In this document: piece after piece, positions 16,785 through 24,191 of the stretch
How the letters are laid out: each line of letters starts with the position of its first letter
How positions within the stretch are numbered: position 1 is the first letter of the stretch
NCBI GenBank assembly: GCA_037446795.1
Contig: JBBIHW010000001.1
Coordinates: 1 to 31,157, forward strand
DNA from: Acidobacteriota bacterium
GTDB lineage: Bacteria > Acidobacteriota > Polarisedimenticolia > Polarisedimenticolales > JBBIHW01
DNA length: 31,157 nt
Direction: 5' to 3'
Notes under the pieces: model-generated
Seen by the model: only the letters and a program-made list of their open reading frames with translations
The model's database searches: none
Told to the model about the DNA's origin: nothing
Program-made: the position numbers and the translations under genes

Positions 16785-17974
16785 ACGCCGCGCGGCCCGC
16801 GTCCGACCCGCCGGGCGCCGTCAGGTTCTGGCGCGCCGTGTTCGCCCTGGTGGTCGCGGCCTTCGCCGTGGCCACGGTTCTGCGGTTCGGGCTCGGGCTC
16901 GGCGCGGTCACGAACCTGTCGGACCGCTTCCCGTGGGGCCTCTGGATCGGCTTCGACGTCCTGTGCGGCGTCGGTCTCGCGGCCGGTGCGTTCACCCTGA
17001 CCGCCGTCGTGCACCTGCTGAACCTCCGGCGCTTCGAGCCGATCCTCCGCTCCACGGTGCTCACGGCGCTGCTCGGTTATCTGCTCGTGATCGTGGCCCT
17101 GCTGTTCGACCTGGGGCAGCCGTGGCGCATCCGGCACCCGCTCGTGTTCCGCAATCCGCACTCGGTCATGTTCGAGGTGGCCTGGTGCGTGATGCTCTAC
17201 ACGACCGTGCTCGCCTTCGAGTTCGCGCCGGTCGTCTTCGAGAGACTGAGCCTCCACACCCTCGGGAGCGTCCTCCGCGCCGTCTCGACGCCGCTGGTGA
17301 TCGCGGGGGTCATCCTCTCGACGCTGCACCAGTCCTCGTTGGGCTCGCTCTACCTGATCGTCCCGGAGAAGCTCCACCCGCTCTGGTACACGCCCCTGCT
17401 GCCCCTGTTCTTCTTCATGTCCGCGGTCGGAGCGGGGCTCGGGATGGTCGTTCTGGAGTCGTGGCTGTCGGGGCGCGCCTTCGGCCGCGAGCTCGAAATG
17501 GATCTGCTCGAGCCCCTCGCGCGGGCGATGGCGGTCGTGCTCGGGGTCTACGGCCTGCTCCGCCTCATCGTTCTCCGGCGCGCCGGGGCGCTGGCGCGTT
17601 TCGCCGATCCCGGCTACGAGGAGGCGATGTTCGCCGTGGAGCTCGCCCTGGGCGTCCTGCTGCCCGTCGGGCTGCTCGCCCTCCCGCGCGTGCGCCGGAG
17701 CGGCCGCGGGCTCGTGGTCGCGGCGTTCCTGGCGGTGCTCGGGCTCGTCGCCAACCGCCTGAACGTGAGCGTGACCGGGATGGAGGCAGCTGCCGGGGCC
17801 CGATACCTTCCCTCGGTGATGGAGGTCCTGGTCTCTCTCGGGCTCGTCGCGCTCGGCTTTGCCCTGTTCGCGTTCGCCGCGCGGTGGCTGCCCGTCTTCC
17901 CCGAGCGCGGCGCGACGACGCCCGGGAGGCGGGCCGAGACGGCCCGCCCGGTCGCCGAGCCCGTGGAGGTCTAG
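16781..17974 (+). CDS. NrfD/PsrC-family quinone-interacting membrane protein, HybB-like
   Basis: TNLSDRFPWGLWIGFDVLCGVGLAAG, DLGQPWR, SVMFEVAWC and LSTLHQSSLG; polytopic. GTGA overlap. Confidence 0.9.
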   Translation: MNAARPASDPPGAVRFWRAVFALVVAAFAVATVLRFGLGLGAVTNLSDRFPWGLWIGFDVLCGVGLAAGAFTLTAVVHLLNLRRFEPILRSTVLTALLGYLLVIVALLFDLGQPWRIRHPLVFRNPHSVMFEVAWCVMLYTTVLAFEFAPVVFERLSLHTLGSVLRAVSTPLVIAGVILSTLHQSSLGSLYLIVPEKLHPLWYTPLLPLFFFMSAVGAGLGMVVLESWLSGRAFGRELEMDLLEPLARAMAVVLGVYGLLRLIVLRRAGALARFADPGYEEAMFAVELALGVLLPVGLLALPRVRRSGRGLVVAAFLAVLGLVANRLNVSVTGMEAAAGARYLPSVMEVLVSLGLVALGFALFAFAARWLPVFPERGATTPGRRAETARPVAEPVEV

Positions 17975-17976
17975 TG

Positions 17977-19887
17977 GTGCGTTCGCGGCTCGGGACCCAG
18001 GTCGTCCTCGGCGTGGCGCTGACCAGCGTTCTCACCCTGGGCGCGATGATCGCGTTCGTGCTCCGAGCTCACCGCGCAGCTCTGACCGGGGAGCTCCACC
18101 GCGTGGCGGACCAGCTCGGCGCGACGATCAAGACCGCGACGCACGACGACATGCTGGAAAACCGCCGCGACCGCCTCCGCCGCCAGATCGAGGCCCTCGG
18201 CCGCCAGGAAGGCATCCAGAGCGTGCGCGTGTACAACAAGGAAGGTCGCATCGTGTTCGCCTCCGACCCTGCCGAGACGGGCCGGGCCGTGGACAAGCGC
18301 GCCGAGGCCTGCTACGCGTGCCACGCCGAGGACCGCCCGCTGGAGCGCCTGCCGACCCCGGCGCGATTCCGGATCTTCCGCGGTCCCGACGGCGAGCGCC
18401 TGCTGGGGATCATCCATCCGGTCCAGAACGAGCCGAGCTGCTGGACGGCCTCCTGCCACGCCCACGACCCCGAGGACACCGTCCTCGGGGTCCTGGACGT
18501 CACGGTGTCGCTCGCTCAGGTGGACCGCAACATCGCCTCGAGCCAGCGGCGCATGGCGGCGCTGGCCGCGGTCGCGATCGCCGCCAGCGCCTTCATCCTG
18601 TGGTGGCTGATCCGCCGGCTCGTGCTGAAGCCCGTCCGGGCCCTCGCCGCCGGCACGCGACGCGTGGCCGAGGGCGACCTGACCGCCACCGTCCCCGTGG
18701 CCGCGCGCAACGAGCTCGGCGAGCTGGCCCGGTCCTTCAACGAGATGACCGTCCGGCTCGCCGAGGCGCAGCGCCAGCTCACCCAGGCGGACAAGCTGGC
18801 GTCGGTGGGGCGACTCGCGGCGGGGATGGCCCACGAGATCAACAACCCTCTGACGGGCGTGCTCACCTACGCCTCCTTCCTGCTCAAGCGATGCGAGTCG
18901 GACCCCGCCCTCCGGGAGGATCTCGAGGTCGTCGTCCGCGAGACGAAGCGCTGTCGGGACATTGTGAAAGGACTCCTCGACTTCGCCCGCCCGGCCCCGC
19001 CCCGCCGCGTCCCGGCCGATCTCAACGACGTCGCCCGGCGGGCGGCGCGGATCCTGATGAACCAGCTCGCCCTCAACCGCGTCGGCCTCGCCCTCGACCT
19101 CGCCGAGGATCTGCCCGCGGTTCCGGCGGACGCCAACCAGATCCAGCAGGTGCTCGTCAATCTGCTGGTGAACGCGGCGGACGCGATCGGAGAGGAGGGG
19201 GGCACGATCCGGGTGTCCACGCGGCTCGTGCGGCTGCCGCCCCGGGGGAATCGGCCGATCCGCTCGGCGCGGTGCCCGAAGGGATGCGACCTCCTGGACG
19301 TCGCGTGGAGGATCGGGGGGCTTCCGTCCATCCGCGTCCTGCGGAGGTGCGGAGATCAGGAGGCGGCCTACCACCTCGACCCGACCTACGGGCGCTTCAA
19401 CCACAGGGCCGGAGCGCCGTGCGAGGAGGGCGTCCTCGCCGGCTTCGAGTGCCCGCGCTGCCGGACCGCGCTCGTGGTTCCGGACGTCCGCTGCGACAGC
19501 TGCGGCGCTCCGGCCTTCGCCGTCTCGACCGTGGAGGGAGGCCGGGTCCTGTGGTGCACGCGCAACGGTTGTCACTGGTCTCGGTGGGACTGGGCGGAGG
19601 CAGCGGGCGAGGAGCCGGGGGTCGAGATCGCCGTCGAGGACACCGGGCGCGGGATTGCGGCCTCGGACCTGCCCCACGTTTTCGAGCCCTTCTTCACCAC
19701 GAAGGGGCCGCGCGGGACGGGCCTCGGCCTGTCCATCTCCTGGGGGATCGTCAACGCCCACGGCGGGACCATCGAGGTGTGGAGCGAGGAAGGCAGAGGA
19801 AGCCGGTTCACCGTGAGGCTGCCCGTCGGCGCGGTCGCCCCGGCGTCGCCTGCCGCCGCGGCCGACGCCGCGGCCGCCCGGGCGTGA
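17977..19887 (+). CDS. Sensor histidine kinase with extracytoplasmic heme-c motifs, HAMP, HisKA, and HATPase_c carrying a Cys-rich insertion
   Basis: TM-CYACH...CWTASCH-TM-HAMP, H-box AHEINNPL, N-box QVLVNLLVNA, an insert with 10 Cys, then DTGRG/FFTTK/GTGLGL. Start GTG 17977 (or 17974) after GGAGG. Confidence 0.9.
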   Translation: MRSRLGTQVVLGVALTSVLTLGAMIAFVLRAHRAALTGELHRVADQLGATIKTATHDDMLENRRDRLRRQIEALGRQEGIQSVRVYNKEGRIVFASDPAETGRAVDKRAEACYACHAEDRPLERLPTPARFRIFRGPDGERLLGIIHPVQNEPSCWTASCHAHDPEDTVLGVLDVTVSLAQVDRNIASSQRRMAALAAVAIAASAFILWWLIRRLVLKPVRALAAGTRRVAEGDLTATVPVAARNELGELARSFNEMTVRLAEAQRQLTQADKLASVGRLAAGMAHEINNPLTGVLTYASFLLKRCESDPALREDLEVVVRETKRCRDIVKGLLDFARPAPPRRVPADLNDVARRAARILMNQLALNRVGLALDLAEDLPAVPADANQIQQVLVNLLVNAADAIGEEGGTIRVSTRLVRLPPRGNRPIRSARCPKGCDLLDVAWRIGGLPSIRVLRRCGDQEAAYHLDPTYGRFNHRAGAPCEEGVLAGFECPRCRTALVVPDVRCDSCGAPAFAVSTVEGGRVLWCTRNGCHWSRWDWAEAAGEEPGVEIAVEDTGRGIAASDLPHVFEPFFTTKGPRGTGLGLSISWGIVNAHGGTIEVWSEEGRGSRFTVRLPVGAVAPASPAAAADAAAARA

Positions 19888-19895
19888 GGCGCGCC

Positions 19896-20297
19896 ATGCG
19901 ACCGCGCTGGGACGTTCTGGTCGTGGACGACGAGGAGGTCGTCAGGAGCGGCGTGTCGCGGGTGCTCTCCGAAGCGGGCTACGAGGTCGCGACCGCGGCC
20001 GACGGCACCGCCGCCCTCGCGCACCCGGCGGCCTCCTCGTGTCGGCTCGTCCTGCTGGACCTGATGCTCCCCGACAGGTCCGGCATCGGCCTGCTCGAGG
20101 CTCTGCGCGAGCTGCGGCCCGACCGGCCGGTGGTCGTGATCACCGGCTACGCCACCTCCGAGAGCCTCGCGCGAGCTCTCGAGGCGGGCGCCGCCAGCGT
20201 GCTGGCGAAGCCGTTCGACGCCGCGGAGCTCCTCGATGCGGTCCGAACCGCCCTCGCCGAGACCGCTCCGGCGGGCGCCAGGAGGGATCCACCATGA
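19896..20297 (+). CDS. Single-domain response regulator (receiver only)
   Basis: VVDDE, LLDLMLP, ITGY and KPF; 133 aa with no output domain. Confidence 0.88.
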   Translation: MRPRWDVLVVDDEEVVRSGVSRVLSEAGYEVATAADGTAALAHPAASSCRLVLLDLMLPDRSGIGLLEALRELRPDRPVVVITGYATSESLARALEAGAASVLAKPFDAAELLDAVRTALAETAPAGARRDPP

Positions 20298-21403
20298 CCG
20301 CGCTGCTCGTCCTGCTCCTGTTCGCCGGCTTCGCCGTCGTGGACATCCTGGTGCGGGTCGGGGCGCGCCGCCTCGCGCAGGCGCGCGCGCGCCGGGAGCG
20401 GGAGGCCATCCTCGCCACCTCCGTCCGCCTGGACTTCACCCAGGAGGCGCCCACCCTCAAGCGGGTGGAGGTGCCGGACGCGCTCGCGCGCATCCTGGCC
20501 GTGGACGACGAGCCGATCGTCCTCGACAGCTTCCGGAAGATCCTGGTTCTCGCCGGCTTCAGCGTGGATACGGTGGAGAGCGGCCCGGAAGCCCTCGGCC
20601 TCGTCCAGCGGCGCGACTACGACTTCGTGTTCACGGACCTCAAGATGCCCGGCATGGACGGGGTCGAGGTGGTCAAGGCGGTGCACCACCTGCGGCCCGA
20701 CGTGGACATCGCCGTCATCACCGGCTACGGGACCATCGAGTCGGCGGTGGAAACCATGCAGCACGGAGCCGTGGACTACGTCCAGAAGCCGTTCACGGAG
20801 GAGGAGCTGGTGGCCTTCGCCCGCAGACTGCTCCTCCGGCGGCAGGCGCGCCTCGAGCGCGAGCGACGTCCCTCGGTGCGGCTGGTGGCCCCGGCCCTCG
20901 CCGACGCGGCGCCCGGCGGCGAGTACCGGGTCCCGGGCGGCGTGTTCCTCTCCGAGGGGCACACCTGGGCTCGGATCGAGCCCGACGGCAACGTCCGGGT
21001 GGGCCTCGACGACTTCGCGCGCCGGGCGCTGGGGCCCATCGAGCGCGTCGAGGCGGCAGCCCGCGGGACCGCCGTGCGGCGCGGGGAGACCCTCTTCACG
21101 GTTCGGAGCGGGAACCGGGCGGCGCGCCTTCCGGCTCCGTTGAGCGGGCGCGTGGTTCGCGTTCACGAGGCGCTCGCCCGCGACGGCTCTCCGGTGAGCG
21201 AGAGCCCGTACGAGCGCGGCTGGGTGGTCGTGCTCGAGCCCGCGAACCTCGCCCGGGAACTCCCCGGGCTCAGGATCGGCGGCCCCGTGGTCGCCTGGTA
21301 CCAGGAAGAGATCGCACGCCTCCGGCAGATGGGCGAGGTGCCGGAGGACTGGTCGGCGTTCGAGAGCGAGTTCCTGCGCGCCCGCACGGCGACTCCGATC
21401 TGA
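20294..21403 (+). CDS. Membrane-anchored response regulator fused to a glycine-cleavage H-protein-like domain
   Basis: N-terminal hydrophobic helix; receiver AVDDE...TDLKMP...ITGY...KPF; then GHTWAR...VGLDDFA..ALG...APLSGRV...SPYERGW (GcvH fold). ATGA overlap. Confidence 0.87.
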   Translation: MTALLVLLLFAGFAVVDILVRVGARRLAQARARREREAILATSVRLDFTQEAPTLKRVEVPDALARILAVDDEPIVLDSFRKILVLAGFSVDTVESGPEALGLVQRRDYDFVFTDLKMPGMDGVEVVKAVHHLRPDVDIAVITGYGTIESAVETMQHGAVDYVQKPFTEEELVAFARRLLLRRQARLERERRPSVRLVAPALADAAPGGEYRVPGGVFLSEGHTWARIEPDGNVRVGLDDFARRALGPIERVEAAARGTAVRRGETLFTVRSGNRAARLPAPLSGRVVRVHEALARDGSPVSESPYERGWVVVLEPANLARELPGLRIGGPVVAWYQEEIARLRQMGEVPEDWSAFESEFLRARTATPI

Positions 21404-21487
21404 GGCGCGGGACGCGTCCGTGGGACCGGCGGCAGGCGGGCGACTTGCGGGTGGCATCGCGAAGCGCCCCGAAACGGGCGGAATCCC

Positions 21488-21781
21488 GTGTTGATCGCCG
21501 GAGCGGGGAGGCCTACGCTGCCACGCGGGATGAAGAGGAGCGGCGTCCGCTCGCCTCCGCGCGCAGGCGGCGCTCGCGGGGCCTTCGCTCCCGCTTTCGG
21601 GCCGCGCGACCGCATGGCGGCTTCCGCCGGGCACGCCGGGACGAAGCTGCGCCTCGACGATCCCGCAGGCCTCGTGCTCCGACACGAGCTCGATCCGGCG
21701 CGATCCGGCGCCGGGGACGACCGTCCGCCGTACCGGATCGTCCTGCGGTGTCACCTGGCCGGGGAGAGGGAGCTGCGTTAG
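21488..21781 (+). CDS. Possible small hypothetical protein
   Basis: Fills part of a 400-nt gap, and the 3' half (from ATG 21614) has coding-like GC3. There is no clear SD and no recognisable motif. Confidence 0.2.
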   Translation: MLIAGAGRPTLPRGMKRSGVRSPPRAGGARGAFAPAFGPRDRMAASAGHAGTKLRLDDPAGLVLRHELDPARSGAGDDRPPYRIVLRCHLAGERELR

Positions 21782-21809
21782 GGGCGGCGCGCCGCGCGCG
21801 GAGGGACAG

Positions 21810-22034
21810 ATGAGGGAGCCCCGTCGCGCGGGCGACGGCGGCCCGGGGAGGGCGAGGGAGGCCGCGGGCCTCCGTCGGGCGGCCGGCGGAGCGCTCCTGG
21901 ACCTCCGGCAGACGGGCTGCTGCGGCGAAGCCCAGGCGGACGGCGTCCCCTGTCCTTCCGTCGGCTCCGACTGCGAAGCCTGCGCGCAGGCGGGGAGCGT
22001 TCGGGTCCGCTTTCGGGACCGCCGCCACGCGTAG
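21810..22034 (+). CDS. Small Cys-rich hypothetical protein (CC-x9-C-x6-C-x2-C)
   Basis: GGAGGG SD 4 nt before the ATG. Five Cys are clustered in GCCGEAQADGVPCPSVGSDCEAC. Confidence 0.55.
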   Translation: MREPRRAGDGGPGRAREAAGLRRAAGGALLDLRQTGCCGEAQADGVPCPSVGSDCEACAQAGSVRVRFRDRRHA

Positions 22035-22062
22035 GATCCTCTCGCGGGAGCAGGGGGCCGCG

Positions 22063-22536
22063 ATGGCCGACAGCGAGATCGAATCGGGCGCCCTCGCGAG
22101 GGAGTTCGAGCGCGCCCTCGAGGAGCACCGGGAGTGCATGCGGCGGGTCGCCGAACTCGAGTCGTGCCTCGGCGAGCGGGCCGATTCCGAGCTCCGATCC
22201 CTCGGCGAGCTGCGCGGCTGCCTCGCCGCCGTCTCGGAAACGTTTCGCGCCCACTTCGCCTCGGAACAGCAAGGCCCGCTCTTCCGCGAGTTCCCCGCCA
22301 CGTTTCCGCAGTTCTCCTTCCGGCTCGGAAAACTCGCGACCGAGCACGCGACGCTGCTCGCCGAGGCGGCCGAGCTCGAGGCTCGAGTCGAGCAGCTGCG
22401 CGAGGCCCACGCCCGCGAGATGCGCTCCATCGAGGCCCGCGTGCGCCTGCTCGTCGCGAGGCTGCGGCGCCACGAGGCGGAGGAGGACGAGATCCTCCTC
22501 AGCGCCTACTGGGACGACGCCGGCCTCGGAGACTGA
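22063..22536 (+). CDS. Hemerythrin/HHE cation-binding domain protein
   Basis: Helical protein with EH...HFASE...EH...HEAEE (H, HxxxE, H, HxxxE pattern). Confidence 0.78.
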   Translation: MADSEIESGALAREFERALEEHRECMRRVAELESCLGERADSELRSLGELRGCLAAVSETFRAHFASEQQGPLFREFPATFPQFSFRLGKLATEHATLLAEAAELEARVEQLREAHAREMRSIEARVRLLVARLRRHEAEEDEILLSAYWDDAGLGD

Positions 22537-22585
22537 TCTGCCGGCCCGGGCAGCGCCCGGCCTTCCGCCCGGCGTCGGCCCCATT

Positions 22586-22622
22586 CGAGACCGACGGCGT
22601 CCGATGGAGACGCCCGGTCTCG
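22586..22622. repeat. Strong inverted repeat/hairpin, possibly a terminator or operator
   Basis: CGAGACCG-AC-GGCGTC-loop(7)-GACGCC-CGGTCTCG: 14 bp with a 2-nt bulge. It lies between the hemerythrin stop and the sigma54 motif. Confidence 0.5.
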
Positions 22623-22637
22623 GGCACACTTTGTGCT
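22622..22637 (+). promoter_or_regulatory. Sigma54 -24/-12 promoter for the kor-hdr-flx operon
   Basis: GGGCACACTTTGTGCT shows GGCAC...TGC with GG-N10-GC spacing, about 55 nt before GTG 22692. Confidence 0.55.
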
Positions 22638-22691
22638 GCGCGGGAAGCCCGGCGCCGCGCGTCCGGCGGCGCCTCGGAGCAGGGAGGAACG

Positions 22692-23003
22692 GTGCTCGGG
22701 ACGCTGGCGCGAGAGGCGGGCCGCGAGCGGCGTCCGGTCGTCCGGAGGCCGCCGCCCGTCCGCGGATCCGTCCACATCCGACCGGACCGCTGCAAGGGCT
22801 GCGGCTTCTGCGTCGAGTTCTGCCCGAACGACGTGCTCGTGCTCTCGAGCGAGTTCAACGCGAAGGGGTTCCACTACCCCGTCGTCGTCGCGGATGCGTG
22901 CGTGGACTGCAAGCTGTGCACGCGCCTCTGCCCCGAGTACGCGATCTTCTCCACGCCGCTGCCCGAGGGCGCTCGCCCGGCGGGAGCGGGGAGGAACCCG
23001 TGA
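22692..23003 (+). CDS. korD: 2-oxoacid:ferredoxin oxidoreductase delta subunit (2x[4Fe-4S] ferredoxin-like)
   Basis: [12 protein letters not shown]...FNAKGFHYP...[19 protein letters not shown] after GGGAGG; GTGA overlap with the alpha subunit. Confidence 0.85.
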   Translation: MLGTLAREAGRERRPVVRRPPPVRGSVHIRPDRCKGCGFCVEFCPNDVLVLSSEFNAKGFHYPVVVADACVDCKLCTRLCPEYAIFSTPLPEGARPAGAGRNP

Positions 23004-24190
23004 GCGACGGCGGCCTTCTGACCGGAGAACACTTCATGCTGGGCGACGACGCGCTCGCCGAAGGGGCGATCGCCGCGGGGTGCAGGTTCTTCGCTGGCTA
23101 CCCGATCACACCCTCCACCGAGACGGCGGAGCGGATGGCGAGGAGGATGCCGCAGGTCGGAGGGGTCTACCTCCAGATGGAAGACGAGATCGCCTCCATC
23201 GCCGCGATCCTGGGGGCCGCCTGGGCCGGCGCGAAGGTCATGACGGCGACCTCGGGCCCGGGCTTCTCCCTCATGCTGGAAAACCTCGGTCTCGGCATCA
23301 TCACCGAGACCCCCGCGGTCATCTGCAACGTGCAGCGGGCCGCCCCCTCCACGGGGCTGCCGACCCTCGTGGGTCAGGGCGACATGCAGCAGGCCCGCTG
23401 GGGTTCCCACGGCCACTACGAGATCATCGCGCTCGCGCCCTGGACCGCGCAGGAGTGCTTCGACCTGACGGTGCGCGCCTTCAACCTGGCGGAACGGTTC
23501 CGTCTGCCGGTGCTCGTGATGGCGGACGCCGAGGTCGGCCACCTGACCGAGAAGGTCGTCATCCCGCCGCCGGACATGCTCGAGGTCTGGGACCGCCCGG
23601 CGCCGGCCGAGCCCCCCGACCGTTTCGACCCGAGCGCGACGAGGGACCTCGTCCCGCCGATGCCGAAGGCGGGCGACGGCTACCACGTGTTCGTGGAGAG
23701 CCTCACCCACGACGAGCGCGGCTATCCGGTCATGACCGCCGAGGCGCAGGGCAAGCTCGTGCGCCGGCTCGTCGCCAAGATCCAGGAGAACCGGGCGTGG
23801 ATCGAGGACGTGGACGAGCGCGGGGTCGCCGAGGCCGAGGTGATCGTCGTCTCCTACGGCATCTCCGCGCGCGTCGCGACGCGGGCGATCGAGCGGGCGC
23901 GGCGGCGCGGCCTCGCCGCGGGGCTCCTGCGGCTGCGCACCGTGTGGCCCTTCCCGGACCAGAGGATCCGGGCGCTGTCGGCCCGGGTGCGCGGCTTCGT
24001 CGTCCCCGAGATCAACCTGGGGCAGATCGTCCGGGAGGTGGAGCGGTGCGCCGTCGACCGCTGCCGCGTCGCGCTGGTCCCTCACGCGGGAGGGGCGCTG
24101 CACGATCCCGAGGAGATCGCCGACGCCATCGCCGCGGTCGCGGCGGGCCGCGCCCCCTGTCGCGGGGAGCTCGCCGGGCGAGGAGCCTGA
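23000..24190 (+). CDS. korA: 2-oxoacid:ferredoxin oxidoreductase alpha subunit (four-subunit Kor/Oor type)
   Basis: [35 protein letters not shown] and [10 protein letters not shown]. Substrate specificity is not determinable. Confidence 0.9.
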   Translation: MSDGGLLTGEHFMLGDDALAEGAIAAGCRFFAGYPITPSTETAERMARRMPQVGGVYLQMEDEIASIAAILGAAWAGAKVMTATSGPGFSLMLENLGLGIITETPAVICNVQRAAPSTGLPTLVGQGDMQQARWGSHGHYEIIALAPWTAQECFDLTVRAFNLAERFRLPVLVMADAEVGHLTEKVVIPPPDMLEVWDRPAPAEPPDRFDPSATRDLVPPMPKAGDGYHVFVESLTHDERGYPVMTAEAQGKLVRRLVAKIQENRAWIEDVDERGVAEAEVIVVSYGISARVATRAIERARRRGLAAGLLRLRTVWPFPDQRIRALSARVRGFVVPEINLGQIVREVERCAVDRCRVALVPHAGGALHDPEEIADAIAAVAAGRAPCRGELAGRGA

Positions 24191-24191
24191 G

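Noticed and set aside
19555-19575. CTRNGCH as a third heme-c site in the kinase
   Set aside because: It lies in the cytoplasmic ATPase insert, out of reach of heme-c maturation systems. Zn or Fe-S binding is more likely.
21452-21467. TGGCATCGCGAAGCGC as a sigma54 promoter
   Set aside because: The GG to GC spacing is 9 or 11 nt rather than the required 10.
21441-21500. Possible c-di-GMP-I or other riboswitch (GAAA-loop hairpin)
   Set aside because: Lacks the conserved GGCAAA...GACGCAAA context. Only a short imperfect stem is present.
17971-21754. Minus-strand ORFs of 596 aa and 535 aa
   Set aside because: Antisense shadows of the kinase and response-regulator genes.
22587-22621. Inverted BsaI sites (GAGACC...GGTCTC) as cloning scars
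   Set aside because: The hexamer occurs repeatedly in this GC-rich DNA, and there is no other sign of engineering.
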